The notes under the pieces were generated by a model that made no database searches, was not told the DNA's origin, and was given only the letters and a program-made list of their open reading frames with translations. Of a stretch of 64,000 nt of DNA, positions 36,192-48,983 are shown in pieces. The DNA lies in contig CM059430.1 in NCBI GenBank assembly GCA_030390025.1, positions 153,512,001-153,576,000 on the forward strand. Reading direction: 5' to 3'. A program made the position numbers and the translations under genes. Position 1 is the first letter of the stretch. Every line of letters begins with the position of its first letter. This DNA is from Squalus acanthias. Taxonomy: Eukaryota.

Positions 36192-38008
36192 ATGGATTCA
36201 CACAGACAGAAGGGCGTGCCAAGATTCCCTGATGCCTCCCTGGAAGTGCTGGTCCAGGGAGTCAGAGCACGCAGGGAGGTCCTCTTCCCTGCAGATGGAC
36301 GCAAAAGACCAGCCAGAGACACTAAGAGGGCATGGCTGGAGATCGCGGAGGAGGTCAGCAGCAGGGATGTCGTGAGGCGGACGTGGATCCAGTGCCGCAA
36401 AAGATTCAATGATCTCATGAGGTCAGGAAAGTTGAGTGCAATGCCACATTCACCTACATCCTGATGCGTGTGTCACCTAAACCTCATCACTGTGCCATCC
36501 CAAGCCTACTCCTGCACATCATTCCTCACACCAACCCACCTTACAGGTGCACCCATCCCTCTCTGTCTGTGCACCTACTCACATCCCCATCTGACTAACC
36601 ACCACTGGCACTCGCCCTCATCCTAATGCAATCAGAGCAAGTAACACCACAGAAGGAAGCTATTTGGCAATGTCACACCACTCCCTTATAGCCGCCCTCT
36701 ACAGATGTAGCCCATTCATTCCTTAAATTCATTCCATCACTCTCACTCAAAGTTCTCTTCTTTCCCTCCTTGCAGGAGAAGGGAGCCCAGAACAACAGGG
36801 AGAGGCAGAGAACCGGAGGTGGCCCTCCAATATTCACCAATTTGACTCCAGCAGAGGAGGAGGCATTTGAAATCTCTGGCGTTGCAGAGCTGCTGCCAGT
36901 GGGAGACAGAGAGAGGAGGACCTCCCAACAACCTGGTGACAGAATTAAATCTCATACAGCCACATGGGATACAACAGTCACTCATGGTGACTGATGTCAG
37001 CAGCCAGTGAAATGTCATCATGTGCATAATGGTAACGTTACACATTCTTATCATAAGACTTCTAATTCATCTCTTTACTCTACCACAGGTCCATCAAGTG
37101 CCCCCGCCACTGTCCAGCCAGAGGAGGAAGACAACTCCTCAGAGGAAGCTCCAGTCTCTTAGGGTGCACCATCACTATACCCATGTGCACCCAGCTCCAG
37201 CGCAGATATGTGCACGTCGGTAGGTCCTGCGAGACATAGAGTAGTGTTGTCACCTGGTGTCTCACAAATCACAAGTGAGCAAGAGCAGATGGTGGAGACA
37301 GGGACAGCACTGGAGAGTCCTGAGCTGCATGCAGATGCTGAACCTCTGGGGTCATTGAGAAAGAGGGTGATCTTGGAGGAGCAGCAACAATTGCATGAGG
37401 CTCTGGCAGCTTTTGCAGCCGTGACGTATGCGAATGTACAGAGAATGGAGGAGTCCATCTCCAACATGAGCACCACCATCTCGCAGGCGATGGTGACGAT
37501 GTGCTGTTACATGGAAAGGATGGCCACCTGCATCGAGCAGCAAATGCGCCAGTCCAACGAGAACATGCTTGCTGTGAACAATAGATTGCAAACGCTCATT
37601 GACCTCATCTCGAAGGGGCATACTAACGTAGACTTGGATGTTCATCACCCCTCTGATGTGCAGCAAGATGCTCTCCAGTTCCTTGCTAGCAGGGAAGGGC
37701 GGGTGGTCCATGAGAGGGATGATGGCGAGAGGGGACATGGAAGTGGGGGCTCTTCTTAAAGCTCTCCCACTTCTCCCCCGTTACCTCCCCCTCGGTCAGA
37801 GCCCCACACGCTGCCTCGGATCCCGATGGGTGAGTCTGTCCCTGTACCGTTGCAGGAGGAGCAGTCTTTGGCAGAGCCCTCACAGGTTCCAAAACCCAGA
37901 GGATGTCTGCCAAAAGTGTCTAAGCAGTTGCAGCAGGGAAGTGAGCAGCCTGCCTCTACCTCTGCTGAAGCCACTGTGGCTGCACCTCGTAGAAGCATGC
38001 GTAAATGA
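36192..38008 (+). pseudogene. Harbinger Myb/SANT-like DNA-binding protein, 3 exons (~36192-36430, 36776-36935, 37089-38008)
   Basis: RFPDASLEVLV..AWLEIAEEV..RTWIQCRKRFNDL; exon 2 NNRERQRTGGGPP; acceptors TTGCAG (36775) and CCACAG (37088); in-frame stops. Confidence 0.8.
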
Positions 38009-38321
38009 AAAAAGACACAATCCTAGATGCACAAGGGTATGCATATGGGCGTATGACAAATTGTTAATGTTATGTTTCAGTTCTATTTATGACGCACATA
38101 AATGTATTTCTTTGCACAACTTTCACGTTTTGTCAATTTTTGCCTGCCACCTGGGAAGTGGCTTTGTCACTTGGAGTGAATGGTGAGACATTACTTAACC
38201 TCAAGCAATGGGGGTTTGGGTGACAGGAATGGCTTGTTCATTGTAGGACTGCTTTGTGGTTTTGTTGGTGGGGGGGAAGTTGGTACAGCATCTGGGAGCC
38301 ATATGGGTGCACTGGTGCAAC

Positions 38322-39550
38322 TTACGTAAATCGAGCTATTATGAGGCCATCCCGGGCCTCCCAGGCAGCAATGTGCGCCGCTGCTGGTGCCATCTCCATC
38401 TCAGGTTCCTCCACCTCCTCCTCCTCATGTTCCACCTGTTCCTCTTCCTCCAAAGAGTTTGTGCGCTCTGTGCCTTGCTCCTCCTGTAGCTCCAATCCTT
38501 GCTGCTGTGCTATGTTGTGCAGCGTGCAGCATACAACAATGATTCTGGAGACCCTGGCTGGTGAGTATTGAAGGGCTCCTCCAGATTCGTCAAGGCATCT
38601 GATGCGCATCTTCGTCATGCCGATTGCTTGCTCTATGACACATCTGGTGGGCATGTGGCTCTCATTATAGCGCTCCTCGGCCTCATTGCTTGGCCTTCTC
38701 AATAGTGTCATCAGCCACGTCTTCAGTGGATAGCCCTTGTCTCCAAGCAGCCAGCCGGTAAGTCTGTTTGGAGGTGCAAAGAGCTGAGGGAGGGTGGACT
38801 GGCACAGGATGAAAGAGTCATGACAGCTCCCTGGGAATCTGGCGCACACATGCTTGATGATCTTTTTATGGTTGCAGACGAGCTGCACATTGAGGGAGTG
38901 GAAGCCCTTCCGGTTCACAAACACTCCTGGTAGATCTGGGGGTGCCTTGGTGGCCACATGTGTGCAGTCGATGACACCCTGCACCTGTGGGAAGCCAGCC
39001 AGAGCTGTAAAGCCGCGTGCCCGCTCAGTAACACGGGCCTCATCAGTGGCAAAGTGTACATAATTGGCTGACTTGTGAAGCATGGCATTGGTCACCTGGG
39101 TGATGCATCTGTGGGCGGCCGACTGCGAGATCCTGCAAATGTCTGCTGCAGATCCCTGAAGGAACCTGAAGTGAAGAAGTTGAGGGCGGTGGTGACTTTG
39201 ACAGCCACTGGTAAGGCATGGCCACCAGGTCCTCTGGGCAGCAAGTCTTGTTTCAGCAAGCTACAAATGTCTGCGCCGACCTGGTGCGATAGCCTGAGCC
39301 TCCTGAGGTACTGCTGTTCGGTCATGTCAAGAAAGCTTATCCTCTGCCTGTATACACTGTGTTGGGGGTATCACCTCCAGCGCAGTGCACTCCTGCGCTG
39401 ATCCTCTCTCTCCTGTGGAGCTTCAGGTCGGTGAGGAGAAGGCTGCTAGTGTGGTTGCTGCTGCTGCTGGTGTGGCTGGTGTTGTTGGTGCTGGGGCTCA
39501 TCTTGGTCCATTTCTGAGGTCCAAGGTGAGACAGCATAAGCGGCACCCAT
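38322..39550 (-). pseudogene. Harbinger (HARBI1-like) DDE transposase, frameshifted
   Basis: [60 protein letters not shown]; N-terminal pieces are in other frames. Confidence 0.92.
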
Positions 39551-40789
39551 GCTGATCTGATAGATGGCAGGTAAAGTGGAGATCAGAGGCACAATCCTTC
39601 AATGTAGTGAGAGTGACTAGCAATGTAGTGAGAGTGGCTTCCTAGGTTGCAGAAATGACCTGCAAACTCCTGAATGCTAAATCTCAGCACAAAATGGTGT
39701 CAGCAAGAGCCTTTCCCTTAGGCAAGGAAGCAGGTGTAAGGTGTCTGTATTTATGTGTTTTTTCCAGCTGTCACTTAATGAACTCGCACAATGGCCACTG
39801 AGCTCCCGCCTCACCTTCACAGGCAAGGTTTCTGAGGTGCGTGAATCCCGTGCGCGACAAGTTAAAGCCCAAACCTGAGGTTAAAACGTCAGTTAAGGGT
39901 CTTTAAACGAGCAGTTAAATTCCTCGATGAGGTTGCCCGCCTCTCCCGAGCGGGTCCGCGGCATGCCTCGAAACGCGCCCGAGTTAAATGCAGAAGTTGG
40001 CGGGAGGACGGCGGGTTCCTGACGAGCTGTCAATTCTCGCGCTTTTAACCGCTGACCCGCCCCCAAACTTGCAGGCTCTGCAATGGGAAAATCCTGGCCC
40101 AGGACTCAGTGCGTGGCAGAGGTTGAAGTGGGATTGTCTGGTATACCATAGCAGTTCCTGTCTGACTGGCCACTGATATTACTGGTTCATGTATTTGTGA
40201 TAGTCCCAGGAGTCTTTTGTCATTGGCTGTTGGATCTCCCAAGGATACGAAAATACTTTTTAGCACCTGGACTTATTTTCATTCCCAGAGCAGCCAGCTA
40301 CTCTTGAAGATAAGAGCATTTTCATCTGCTCAGCCAACTTTCTTTCCCACTGCTCTTAACAATGCTGCATTTACTTGCTGCTCCCAATGGCCTCAATAAT
40401 CCCTCCCTTGCTTTTTCTCCCCTTTACTTTCAGTGACCTTGACTCTCCCTTGTTATTTCCACATCACTACGCTTGACAACCTTGTGTCTTGCTCCCCCAA
40501 TGCTGGTTTCTCCTTACTGCTCCTGTGGTCTGGAATCCATGTTCCCCTGTTGCTATTTCCTCCCCACCATTCTCAATCAACATCTGTTATAAATAATACA
40601 TTATTCAATAAATACTTTCATTAAAAACCAAATACAAAAAAAGGCATGGATTTTTGTGGTGTGAAAATGTAATTTGGTCCCCTGATGAACCAATAACCCC
40701 GGAGCAAGTTGTTGTTCGGTCTCCGATATTGCACAAGTAATGGATCTTTGGCCAAAATGATTTTTCAATAAAAGGCATTTAATCACCGT

Positions 40790-41170
40790 TCCCTGCTGTC
40801 TCGTGGGTAAACATACTACCCAGTGTGATACTAAGCAATATAGACAGGAAGGTTCAGGTTTGATCTCTGGTCTGTCCTCAGTTAGCTGATCAATGGCATG
40901 GGAGTGATGTGAGCATTACAATAGCCCCCACTGTACATAAATTAGGTCTGGGAAAATCAATATTTCAAAATCAGCACAGCTCCTACCTTTGCTATCCAAT
41001 TGCCTCAGCTGGAAAGTGTGCGGGTGTCAGATAAACGCCACATCAGGAATGGTGGCTGCCCCATAATTGAATAGCCTGACAACACTTACGATTGAGGTTA
41101 GCACATCAGGAACGGCTACTAAGTTGAGGTAGTATAGGGGGAACCAGTACCCATGGAACAGGAAAAATGA
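40790..41170 (+). mobile_element. Old SINE copy (family of 9630-10010)
   Basis: AGACAGGAAGGTTCAGGTTTGATCTCTGGTCTG..AGTTAGCTGATC block. Confidence 0.5.
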
Positions 41171-42089
41171 GTGCCTTCAGAAGAAAAGGATTGAATATTG
41201 GAGGTTGAAAAAGAAGTGTGTGGTGCAGATTGACCTGCTGTCCTAAGTGAAGAAGGAAAGTTGGGAAATGAAAGCATCAATGTACGGCGGTGGGGGGTTG
41301 GCGGGCGGGGGGTGGTGGTGGTGGGATGGATGACTTTGGTTCTGTGAAGCAGTGAGTTTAATTCCAGCCAGGAACATCTGAATATCTACCATGTAAGGAT
41401 TTGGTTAGAAAAACTCAAAAAATGCTTTAATAACATCATCACAGTAAAGTGATGATATTATTCTGTGGTGTGTCTGCCTTCAATATGGCACAGTTACGTT
41501 CTAATTTGAATAATCCTTCTTTGCTAACAAGCCTGCAAGCTTACTTTAGAAACTGAGCAAAGAGTCTTATGAATATAGGAAAATTACAGCTTCAAAGTGA
41601 TAGGATTAGAGGCATGTCATTATCCATTTAAAATGCCAAAAACAGCTACATATATTTCATTGAAAATAATGGAAAATCCTGACATTCCAAATGGGTCTGG
41701 GCTGAGTTACACATTGTGGTATTGTCAGTGTGCAATGCTATTTCTAGAACAGAAACACTGAAGTCTCCCTTTGGGCGTGAAGGATGTGGCATGTCTCCTG
41801 AATGTCTCCTGTGGGCTTCTTTGTCCCATTAGCAAACAAGATGCATCTGCTTTGTGGCTCCTGAACTACCAGTCTTTTGTTTCTGTTCCACTGGATGTAT
41901 CTCATGTTGCAGAGTGTGTAGTGAGATTTTTTTTCCCCCATTCAACTTAAAATTGCAGCAGGAATGTTTTCCCTGATTACTTATCATGGATTGTTGCTGA
42001 AAGCAATTGGCATAGTATTCCTTTAAAGAGCTACATTCATCTGAATTGTCACACAATTGTATATTGTACAATCTGGGATAAAAAACAAT

Positions 42090-42839
42090 GGTCCGGATTT
42101 TGCGGTGGATAATGACGGCGAACTGTCAGCGTACACTATCATTACCCCTCTGAAACTGACCCAACTTCAGGATTTAGCACATGTGCATCAAAATGCGGAA
42201 ATCCAGAAGTTGCAGTCAGTCATTCACTGCTCTGAAACAAGCTGCGCTGTGGAACTCCCCATAGCCGGCAGTCAGTGAAATCAGTTGGACACTTAAGCTT
42301 TTCCGCTCTAATTGCGCTGTTAAACTCCCCATTAAAAATTAAGCCTTGTTGTAATAGGTGTAATTGGGGTTGTAACGGCATATTGACTACTGAACAACCG
42401 TTCTGGTCCTGTAAAACTAATTTTATATTTGTGGAATGTCAAGTTTTTCCATTATGACTAGATTTTTAAAGTAACAAAAATATAAATTTTTATTTTTTTT
42501 AAATTTTGTTTATGATTTTCAGCTTCTATCTTAACCCCATGTGTATGTCCCAACCTTCATTTCACTCTCTGTAAAAAAATTTTAAAGTGGAAAATAAAAG
42601 CTGCCTTTTATTTCCTGGTTTGCTGTCTGTGAGAATTCTTCAACGTGATTGTCTGCTTAGACAGCTTGATGATGTCACTGCTGCACCACATTGGATTTAC
42701 CCTATTGACAGCGCTACAACCAATTTAATATCGAGAAAGCTTAAGTTTTTGCCACAGAGATCGCGAGACCTTTGTGGGCAGCTTTCTTCTTGGTCAGCGG
42801 CGATCGCTGTCGCTCCATCGCTGACCGCAAATTCCGGGC
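42090..42839. mobile_element. Harbinger-type MITE
   Basis: TIRs GGTCCGGATTTTGCGGT / ACCGCAAATTCCGGGC. Confidence 0.75.
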
Positions 42840-43954
42840 TATCAGTGATCTTATCTCTGTCTATTTGTCTGAGGGACTGCCTAACAAAAAGAAGACCGCA
42901 GAACCAATAGTGAAGCACAGGAAAGATACAACTGTGCACAAGTGTGCATGCGCCAAGTGGTGGAGAGGACAATCGGGGTGCTGAAATCATGCTTCCGGAG
43001 CCGGGAAGGTCGGGGGGGAGTTTGCAGTACTCACCTGAGAAAGTGGCGAGGGTTGTGGTGGTCTGTTACGTATTGCACAACTTTGCCCTGCGGGAAGGAC
43101 TGACCCTTAACCCGGCAGACGAGAGTCCGGCAGAAATGGACGACATGGAGGTTCCCAACATGGATGTTGCTGGGGCCATGCTTTGCGGGCCACCCGAGGA
43201 AGCCACAGCTGCAACGGGCGGGGCGGCTAGAGAGCAGCTGGTGGCTTGTGCATTTGGACAGTGATGAGAGCGGCAAGATGCCTCCGCCTACCCCCTCCCC
43301 AGGAAGGCACACAAAAGAACAGGCAAGATTGAAAGTGAAACAGTGAACTTTTATTGTAGCAGCAAATACTCATTGCAAGACTTTTGAGGTAGTTATTGAT
43401 AAACTTTACATAAACACTGAGGATTGTACATGAAAGACAAATTGAGTTAACTAGCTATTTGCTACTATGTAAACAGTTGTGATGTTAAAATGGTCGATGC
43501 TAATAAAAATTTTTTAACAGTTTAAACTGACTTCAGACTATAACTTAAGCACAACAAAAACGAAATCAATTATAATAGAAACATTCATTCATAAATATAA
43601 ATAACACAACACCAATATTTCAAGAACAGCAAACATCAAAAAAGAAACAGACATGCCCCCCTCGCATCTGTGCCTGAGGGTCGCTGTGACAAAAGGTGTG
43701 AGTAAAAGGAGGTAGATTCTGCAAGAGGTGGCACCCTACTGCCTCCTGCGCCTTGCCCTTCCCCGTGACCTGATCCCTCTTGTGCCAAGGGCATGACCTC
43801 TGTGTGTTATCTGTTGCCCATCAGCAAGTAACTCATAGCTGGGTGCTACTGCTCAAAGGTGAAATTAGAAGTTGCATCTGTTAGAGATGCAGCTGCTGAC
43901 TTGTGGGCCTGCACTGCGTCTGCGTTGGGAGCCGGCAAAGGGGGTTCTATGGGC

Positions 43955-45394
43955 ATCACTACAGACTTCTTACAGAAACTCAGCACCCACGGACCAGTTG
44001 AACCAGGAACACTCCTCGCCACGATGGACGTATCGGGACTCTACACCAGTATCCCCCACGATGACGGCATCACTGCGACAGCCTCAGTACTCAACACCAA
44101 CAACAGCCAATCTCCAGACGCCATCCTACAACTCATCCGCTTCATCCTTGACCACAATGTCTTCACCTTCGACAACCATTTTTTTACCCAAACACACGGA
44201 ACAGCCATGGGGACCAAATTCGCACCCCAATACGCCAACATCTTCATGCACAAGTTCGAGCAAGACTTCTTCACTGCACAGGACCTCCAGCCAACGCTGT
44301 ACACCAGATACATCGACGACATTTTCTTCCTTTGGACCCATGGCGAAGGATCACTGAAAAGACTACACGATAACATAAACAAGTTCCATCCCACCATCAA
44401 ACTCACCATGGACTACTCCTCAGAATCGGTTTCATTCCTGGACACACGAATCTCCATCAAAGACGGACACCTCAGCACTTCACTCTACCGCAAGCCCACG
44501 GACAACCTCACGATGCTCCACTTCTCCAGCTTCCACCCTAACCACGTTAAAGAAGCCATCCCCTATGGACAAGCCCTGCGAATACACAGGATCTGCTCAG
44601 ACGAGGAGGAACGCGATGGACACCTACGGACGCTGAAAAACGCCCTCGTAAGAACGGGATATGACGCTCGACTCATCGATCGACAGTTCCGACGGGCCAC
44701 AGCGAAAAATCGCATAGACCTCCTCAGAAGGCAAACACGGGACACAACCAACAGGGTACCCTACGTCGTCCAGTACTTCCCCGGAGCGGAGAAACTACGC
44801 CATGTTCTTCGCAGCCTTCAACATGTCATCGATGACGACAAACACCTCGCTAAGGCCATCCCCACGCCTCCACTACTTGCCTTCAAACAGCCGCCTAACC
44901 TCAGAAGTACCATCGTTCGCAGCAAATTACCCAGCTTTCAGGATAACAGCGACCACGACACCACACAACCCTGCCATGGCAAACTCTGCAAGACATGCCA
45001 GATCATCAACACAGATACCATCATCACACGTGAGGACACTACCCACCAGGTACATGATACATACTCATGTGACTCGGCCAACGTTGTCTACCTCATACGT
45101 TGCAGGAAAGAATGCACCGCGGCATGGTACATCGGCGAGACCATGCAGACACTGAGACAACGTATGAACGAGCACCGCGCAACAATCGCCAGGCAGGATT
45201 GTTACCTCCCAGTCGGGGAACACTTCAGCAGTCAAGGACATTCAGCCTCGGATCTGCGGGTAAGCGTTCTCCAAGGCGACCTTAGGAAAACACGACAACG
45301 CAAAATCATCGAGCAGAAACTGATAGCCAAGTTCCGCACTCATGAAGACGGTCTCAATCGGGATCTTGGGTTTATGTCACGATACATGACGTGA
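43955..45394 (+). CDS. Penelope-like RT + GIY-YIG endonuclease ORF (family B), 5'-truncated but uninterrupted
   Basis: TMDVSGLYTSIP, GTAMGTKFAP, RYIDD, FLD, YRKPT, C-x2-C, VVYLIRC..WYIGET..RMNEH, GLN; the first ~30 aa of the called ORF come from flanking Harbinger DNA. Confidence 0.95.
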   Translation: MTTDFLQKLSTHGPVEPGTLLATMDVSGLYTSIPHDDGITATASVLNTNNSQSPDAILQLIRFILDHNVFTFDNHFFTQTHGTAMGTKFAPQYANIFMHKFEQDFFTAQDLQPTLYTRYIDDIFFLWTHGEGSLKRLHDNINKFHPTIKLTMDYSSESVSFLDTRISIKDGHLSTSLYRKPTDNLTMLHFSSFHPNHVKEAIPYGQALRIHRICSDEEERDGHLRTLKNALVRTGYDARLIDRQFRRATAKNRIDLLRRQTRDTTNRVPYVVQYFPGAEKLRHVLRSLQHVIDDDKHLAKAIPTPPLLAFKQPPNLRSTIVRSKLPSFQDNSDHDTTQPCHGKLCKTCQIINTDTIITREDTTHQVHDTYSCDSANVVYLIRCRKECTAAWYIGETMQTLRQRMNEHRATIARQDCYLPVGEHFSSQGHSASDLRVSVLQGDLRKTRQRKIIEQKLIAKFRTHEDGLNRDLGFMSRYMT

Positions 45395-45704
45395 TCCGGA
45401 CTCGAGTCGTCGTTGGCTTGTTCTCAGATGTGATTCCCAGTAAAAAAGTAAAAATTTTAAAGTTAATCGTTTTACATACAGACGGCAGCTTTTGACACAT
45501 TCGACCCCATGCGATTCCACCTCATTGTCTCAGTTGTATCTTGCTATGTCTTTGATGTGGTACCTTCCTGGCTGACCTGATTAACTTTATCACACCTCGG
45601 CAGATAAACAGTCAGGATGATTGAATTCAGTGGTCTGCAATTGTAAGTTACACATGCTTTGTTCTCTATCTATGTATGCTTTGACGATTCTGTATCTCCT
45701 CACT

Positions 45705-45742
45705 TCACCCGACGAAGGAGTTTTAACTCCGAAAGCTTGTGA
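45705..45742 (+). ncRNA. Hammerhead motif in the PLE 3' UTR (core U4 to C)
   Basis: TCAC-CCGACGA-A-GGAGT(TTTA)ACTCC-GAAA-GC-TT-GTGA. Confidence 0.7.
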
Positions 45743-45968
45743 TTTAAAATAAAACTGTTGGACTATAACCTGGTGTTGTGCGACCTCTCATCATATGTAT
45801 GACAGCCGAACTTGATCTATGCAACTCAAATACTTGTATAAGTGCCTGGCTAAAGTGACTTAAATTATCATCCATGTGGGCAAAATGATTTAAATTTATC
45901 TGATTAATAAGGGCCAACTGATCAGTAATGGTCTGGGTATTTATGGCCTACTGATTAAACAGATTAAT

Positions 45969-47480
45969 TCAAAAGTCCTTCATCTGCTGTCTCATGGAGG
46001 CAAGAGAGTCAAGGTGCTTGTTATGCTGATCCACCAATCTTTGCCTCACTCCTTCAATAATGAAGTCTTCTTCCAGCTCACTATCAACATGGGGCTGATG
46101 TCTTCCCTGTCTTACTTCTGACTGGGGCGCATCAACTACAACAATGGAGGTCCCCTCAGCCCCTGACAGGTCGGACACATCTATCACATTTCTTCCCACT
46201 GGCTCCGCGGCGTCCTCTTGGTGGCTGCCTGTGACAGGGCAGTCACGTGTGTCTCGCACAGAGCCAGAGGGGCCAGGAGATGGAGAGACGGTGATCTGAG
46301 GTTCACTGCGGTCAAGCCACATCATCACCCTGAAGGTGCAATGTGGGGGCAGGAGTGCCAACGCCACTTTGCCTGCCCTCCCACCCAGGGTGCACACCCT
46401 CCTCTTCCTCTGGAGGCCACTCCCGTTCTTCCTCCTCCTCTGCCTCACTTACCATGTCAACTGCCTCTGCTACCCCTGCCTCAACGCCCTCTCCAGGCCC
46501 TGTGTCAACACCCTCTGCAGCTGCTGACTCGCCGCCATCTGGAGCCCGTGCATCAAAAGACAGCTGTCCACCTGTGGGAAGGAAAAAATAAACATTTACA
46601 ATGGTGAAGCATGTTCATCTGGCACATCACAGAAGCTCATAAGGTGCGTGTACACCTTTATCATTTTATCTTCTTTTCAGTCCTTACAGCCAACAAACTT
46701 GTTTTAACCATACAGCTGGCCAAAGCAACAATGTGACACTCACCTTTCCTCACTCCAATTCCTGATTGGGCACCAGACACTGAACTGCTACTGATGCCCA
46801 TCAGCTGACTATCCCTTTCTTCCTGCTCACTCATCTCCTTCAGAAAGGCCACACCACCACCAGTCATAAAACGCTCACGGGCATTATGTGCCATCTTACT
46901 CTACATAGACATGGAAAATAAATATTAGTTTTTGCTTCATTGTTGGTTATGAGAGAGAGACTAGTTGGGTGCTTTAGAGACAGGGTATAATTCACTAATT
47001 ACAATTTCACACCTCAAATTTGTAGAGTACAGATAAAAGATCTTTACAAGCACCTGACAAGCGCTTGTACTTTACAGACACAAACCCGGCTCCAATGGCA
47101 ATTGAATTTTATGACCAATTGACTTTAGATCGAACCCCGACCATCCACCCATAAACAAGCTCTTCTCTATTCATTGCATCAGTAATATTTTAAGAAATCT
47201 TAAACTTCAAATTTCAAATAACTGTACAAACTTTAGCAGATCGTGTTAAATCATTCAGTTTTTTACAACATTGTTCTGCGTTCCGTGGCATGGCAGAGTT
47301 AGCACTCATAGCCTCTGCCACCTTGTTCCGCGCCAACACGCTAACTTTTTGTGGCGCCCTACACTTCTCATTCCCAATAAGCCTCCTATGCTTCGTCTCC
47401 AACTCATTGAGGAGTGCATTGAGGTCGTCTTCACTGAAGTTGTGACACCTCTTCCTCTCAGCTATCTTTTGCGTTGCCAT
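45969..47480 (-). pseudogene. Harbinger Myb/SANT-like protein, spliced (exons ~47480-47231, ~46900-46744, ~46571-45969)
   Basis: RCHNFSEDDLNALL..RNAEQCCKKLNDL; MAHNARERFMTGGG; GTGAGT donor at ~46743. Confidence 0.75.
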
Positions 47481-48553
47481 CTTCTTTTCCTGTCAGTGCA
47501 CGGCTTTTTAAAAACAGTTAATTACTTTGCACAACTTTTTAAAAACTTTAAATTTGACTTTGCTCAGCATTTTACAAACTGTCCATTTTACTTTGCCATT
47601 TTATTAAAAGTTTTTAAAAGTTTATAAAAGTTTTAAACATTTTCCCTGCAGTTACAATTAAATTTAAAAGGCCATTTAAACACTGCTCACCTCTCTTTAA
47701 AGTCCAAACTGATTTGGTGGGCGCGTCTCAGCCTCCTGTCAGTTTCGTCAATTTTTGTGGGCGTGTCTTGTACTGACGCCCCATGTGATCTGACTTTTGC
47801 AAGCGCGTTAACCAACGCTGCTCAGATATGTGAGAGTCAACGTCGGTGCAAATCTTAGGGCTTTTTATCGAAGTTCTCACCAGGAGGATTGAACAAGATT
47901 TGTGGGGATTTTTATGAGGTCAGCGTTGAGTGCCATCACTTCGCCGCTGACCGCAAATTACGGACCAATGTATTTCCTGTCATTTGAGCCATAGAAACAC
48001 TGAGTGGTAGGAACACTATACTGTCCAGGGATGCTATAGGGTTGCAGAAGGGGTTTATATTTTAAAGGATGATAACTAGTTCCATTAATCGCAGAACAAT
48101 CGATTGCACGAGATACGGTGGGAAAATTGAGTTATTTTCCTTCCCCCACTGAGGTTGACAACCCAGGAACCTGTGGAAAAAAAATTATTATGATCTTGAC
48201 TCCAGAAAATCAGCTGGGATCATAGATACAGGCATGGAACAGGCAGAAGCCATTATGGTAAAACGGAAAATCAACCGCTGTGTTTCGTAGGCCACAGAAT
48301 CAGCCCTTGTTTCACCAACTGCCAAATGCAAAGGCACACAGGGGTACCATATGGGTGGGATCACAATGATGACAATTCTTTGAAAACCTTAATAACTGCT
48401 CTCTCCACATTATAAAATAGCTCAGTCAGTTGAGCACTAGATGCAGGTCCTGAAGATCCTGACAGGGTCCATTCAGGTTTCATTCTTTTGAGGTGGAAAA
48501 AAATCAGTATTGCATCTTAGGTTGTACAAAGAAAGTAGGATACTATGCATAGA

Positions 48554-48983
48554 AACAACAACAGAAAACGCTGGAAAAACTCAGCAGGCCAGGCAACATC
48601 CGTGGAGAGAGAAACAGAGTTAACGTTTCAGGTCGAAACCCTTCGTCAGAACTGAGAAAAAAGCAGGAAATGAAACAGATAAAAAAGCAAGGGGGAGGCT
48701 GGGGGGAGGAATAACTATGGTAAGTAGAGACATTAAGAGATGCTCAAGGCAAGACGAGATGGTAATGGGACAGGTTAAGAAACAAAAGGTGGCTAGAAGT
48801 GTGAAGTGTGAAATGCTGGCAGAATGAGAGACAGCTGCCATAGGGGGAGAGAGAGAGAAAAAAAGGAAAAAGGCACGAACCAAAAGGGTGGATAAAATGT
48901 ATATATATATATATATATATGTGTGGTAGGGGCAGAGGTTATGATCTGAAATTGTTGAACTTTGAGTCCGGAAGGCTGTAAAG
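48554..48983 (-). mobile_element. 5'-truncated PLE family A insertion
   Basis: 13-bp TSD TACTATGCATAGA (48541-48553, 48984-48996); ORF end TLQPSGL as in 3566-3808. Confidence 0.9.
48618..48653 (-). ncRNA. Hammerhead ribozyme motif (family A) with UUCG loop
   Basis: Minus strand: AGTT-CTGACGA-A-GGGT(TTCG)ACCT-GAAA-CG-TT-AACT. Confidence 0.82.

Larger units (their letters stand above)
35888..40099. mobile_element. Full-length Harbinger DNA transposon, degenerate
   Basis: TIRs GGCCGGAATCTT / AAAATCCTGGCC, TSD CAG on both sides; convergent Myb/SANT gene (+) and DDE transposase (-). Confidence 0.9.
42950..47966. mobile_element. Second Harbinger transposon remnant with nested PLE
   Basis: Transposase C-terminus SGGSLQYSPEKVARVVVVCYVLHN (+), Myb gene (-), right TIR ACCGCAAATTACGGACC followed by AAT. 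Confidence 0.8.

Noticed and set aside
38322-39095. Domesticated host HARBI1 gene
   Set aside because: Frameshifted and inside TIRs/TSD with a partner Myb gene, so it is a transposon copy.
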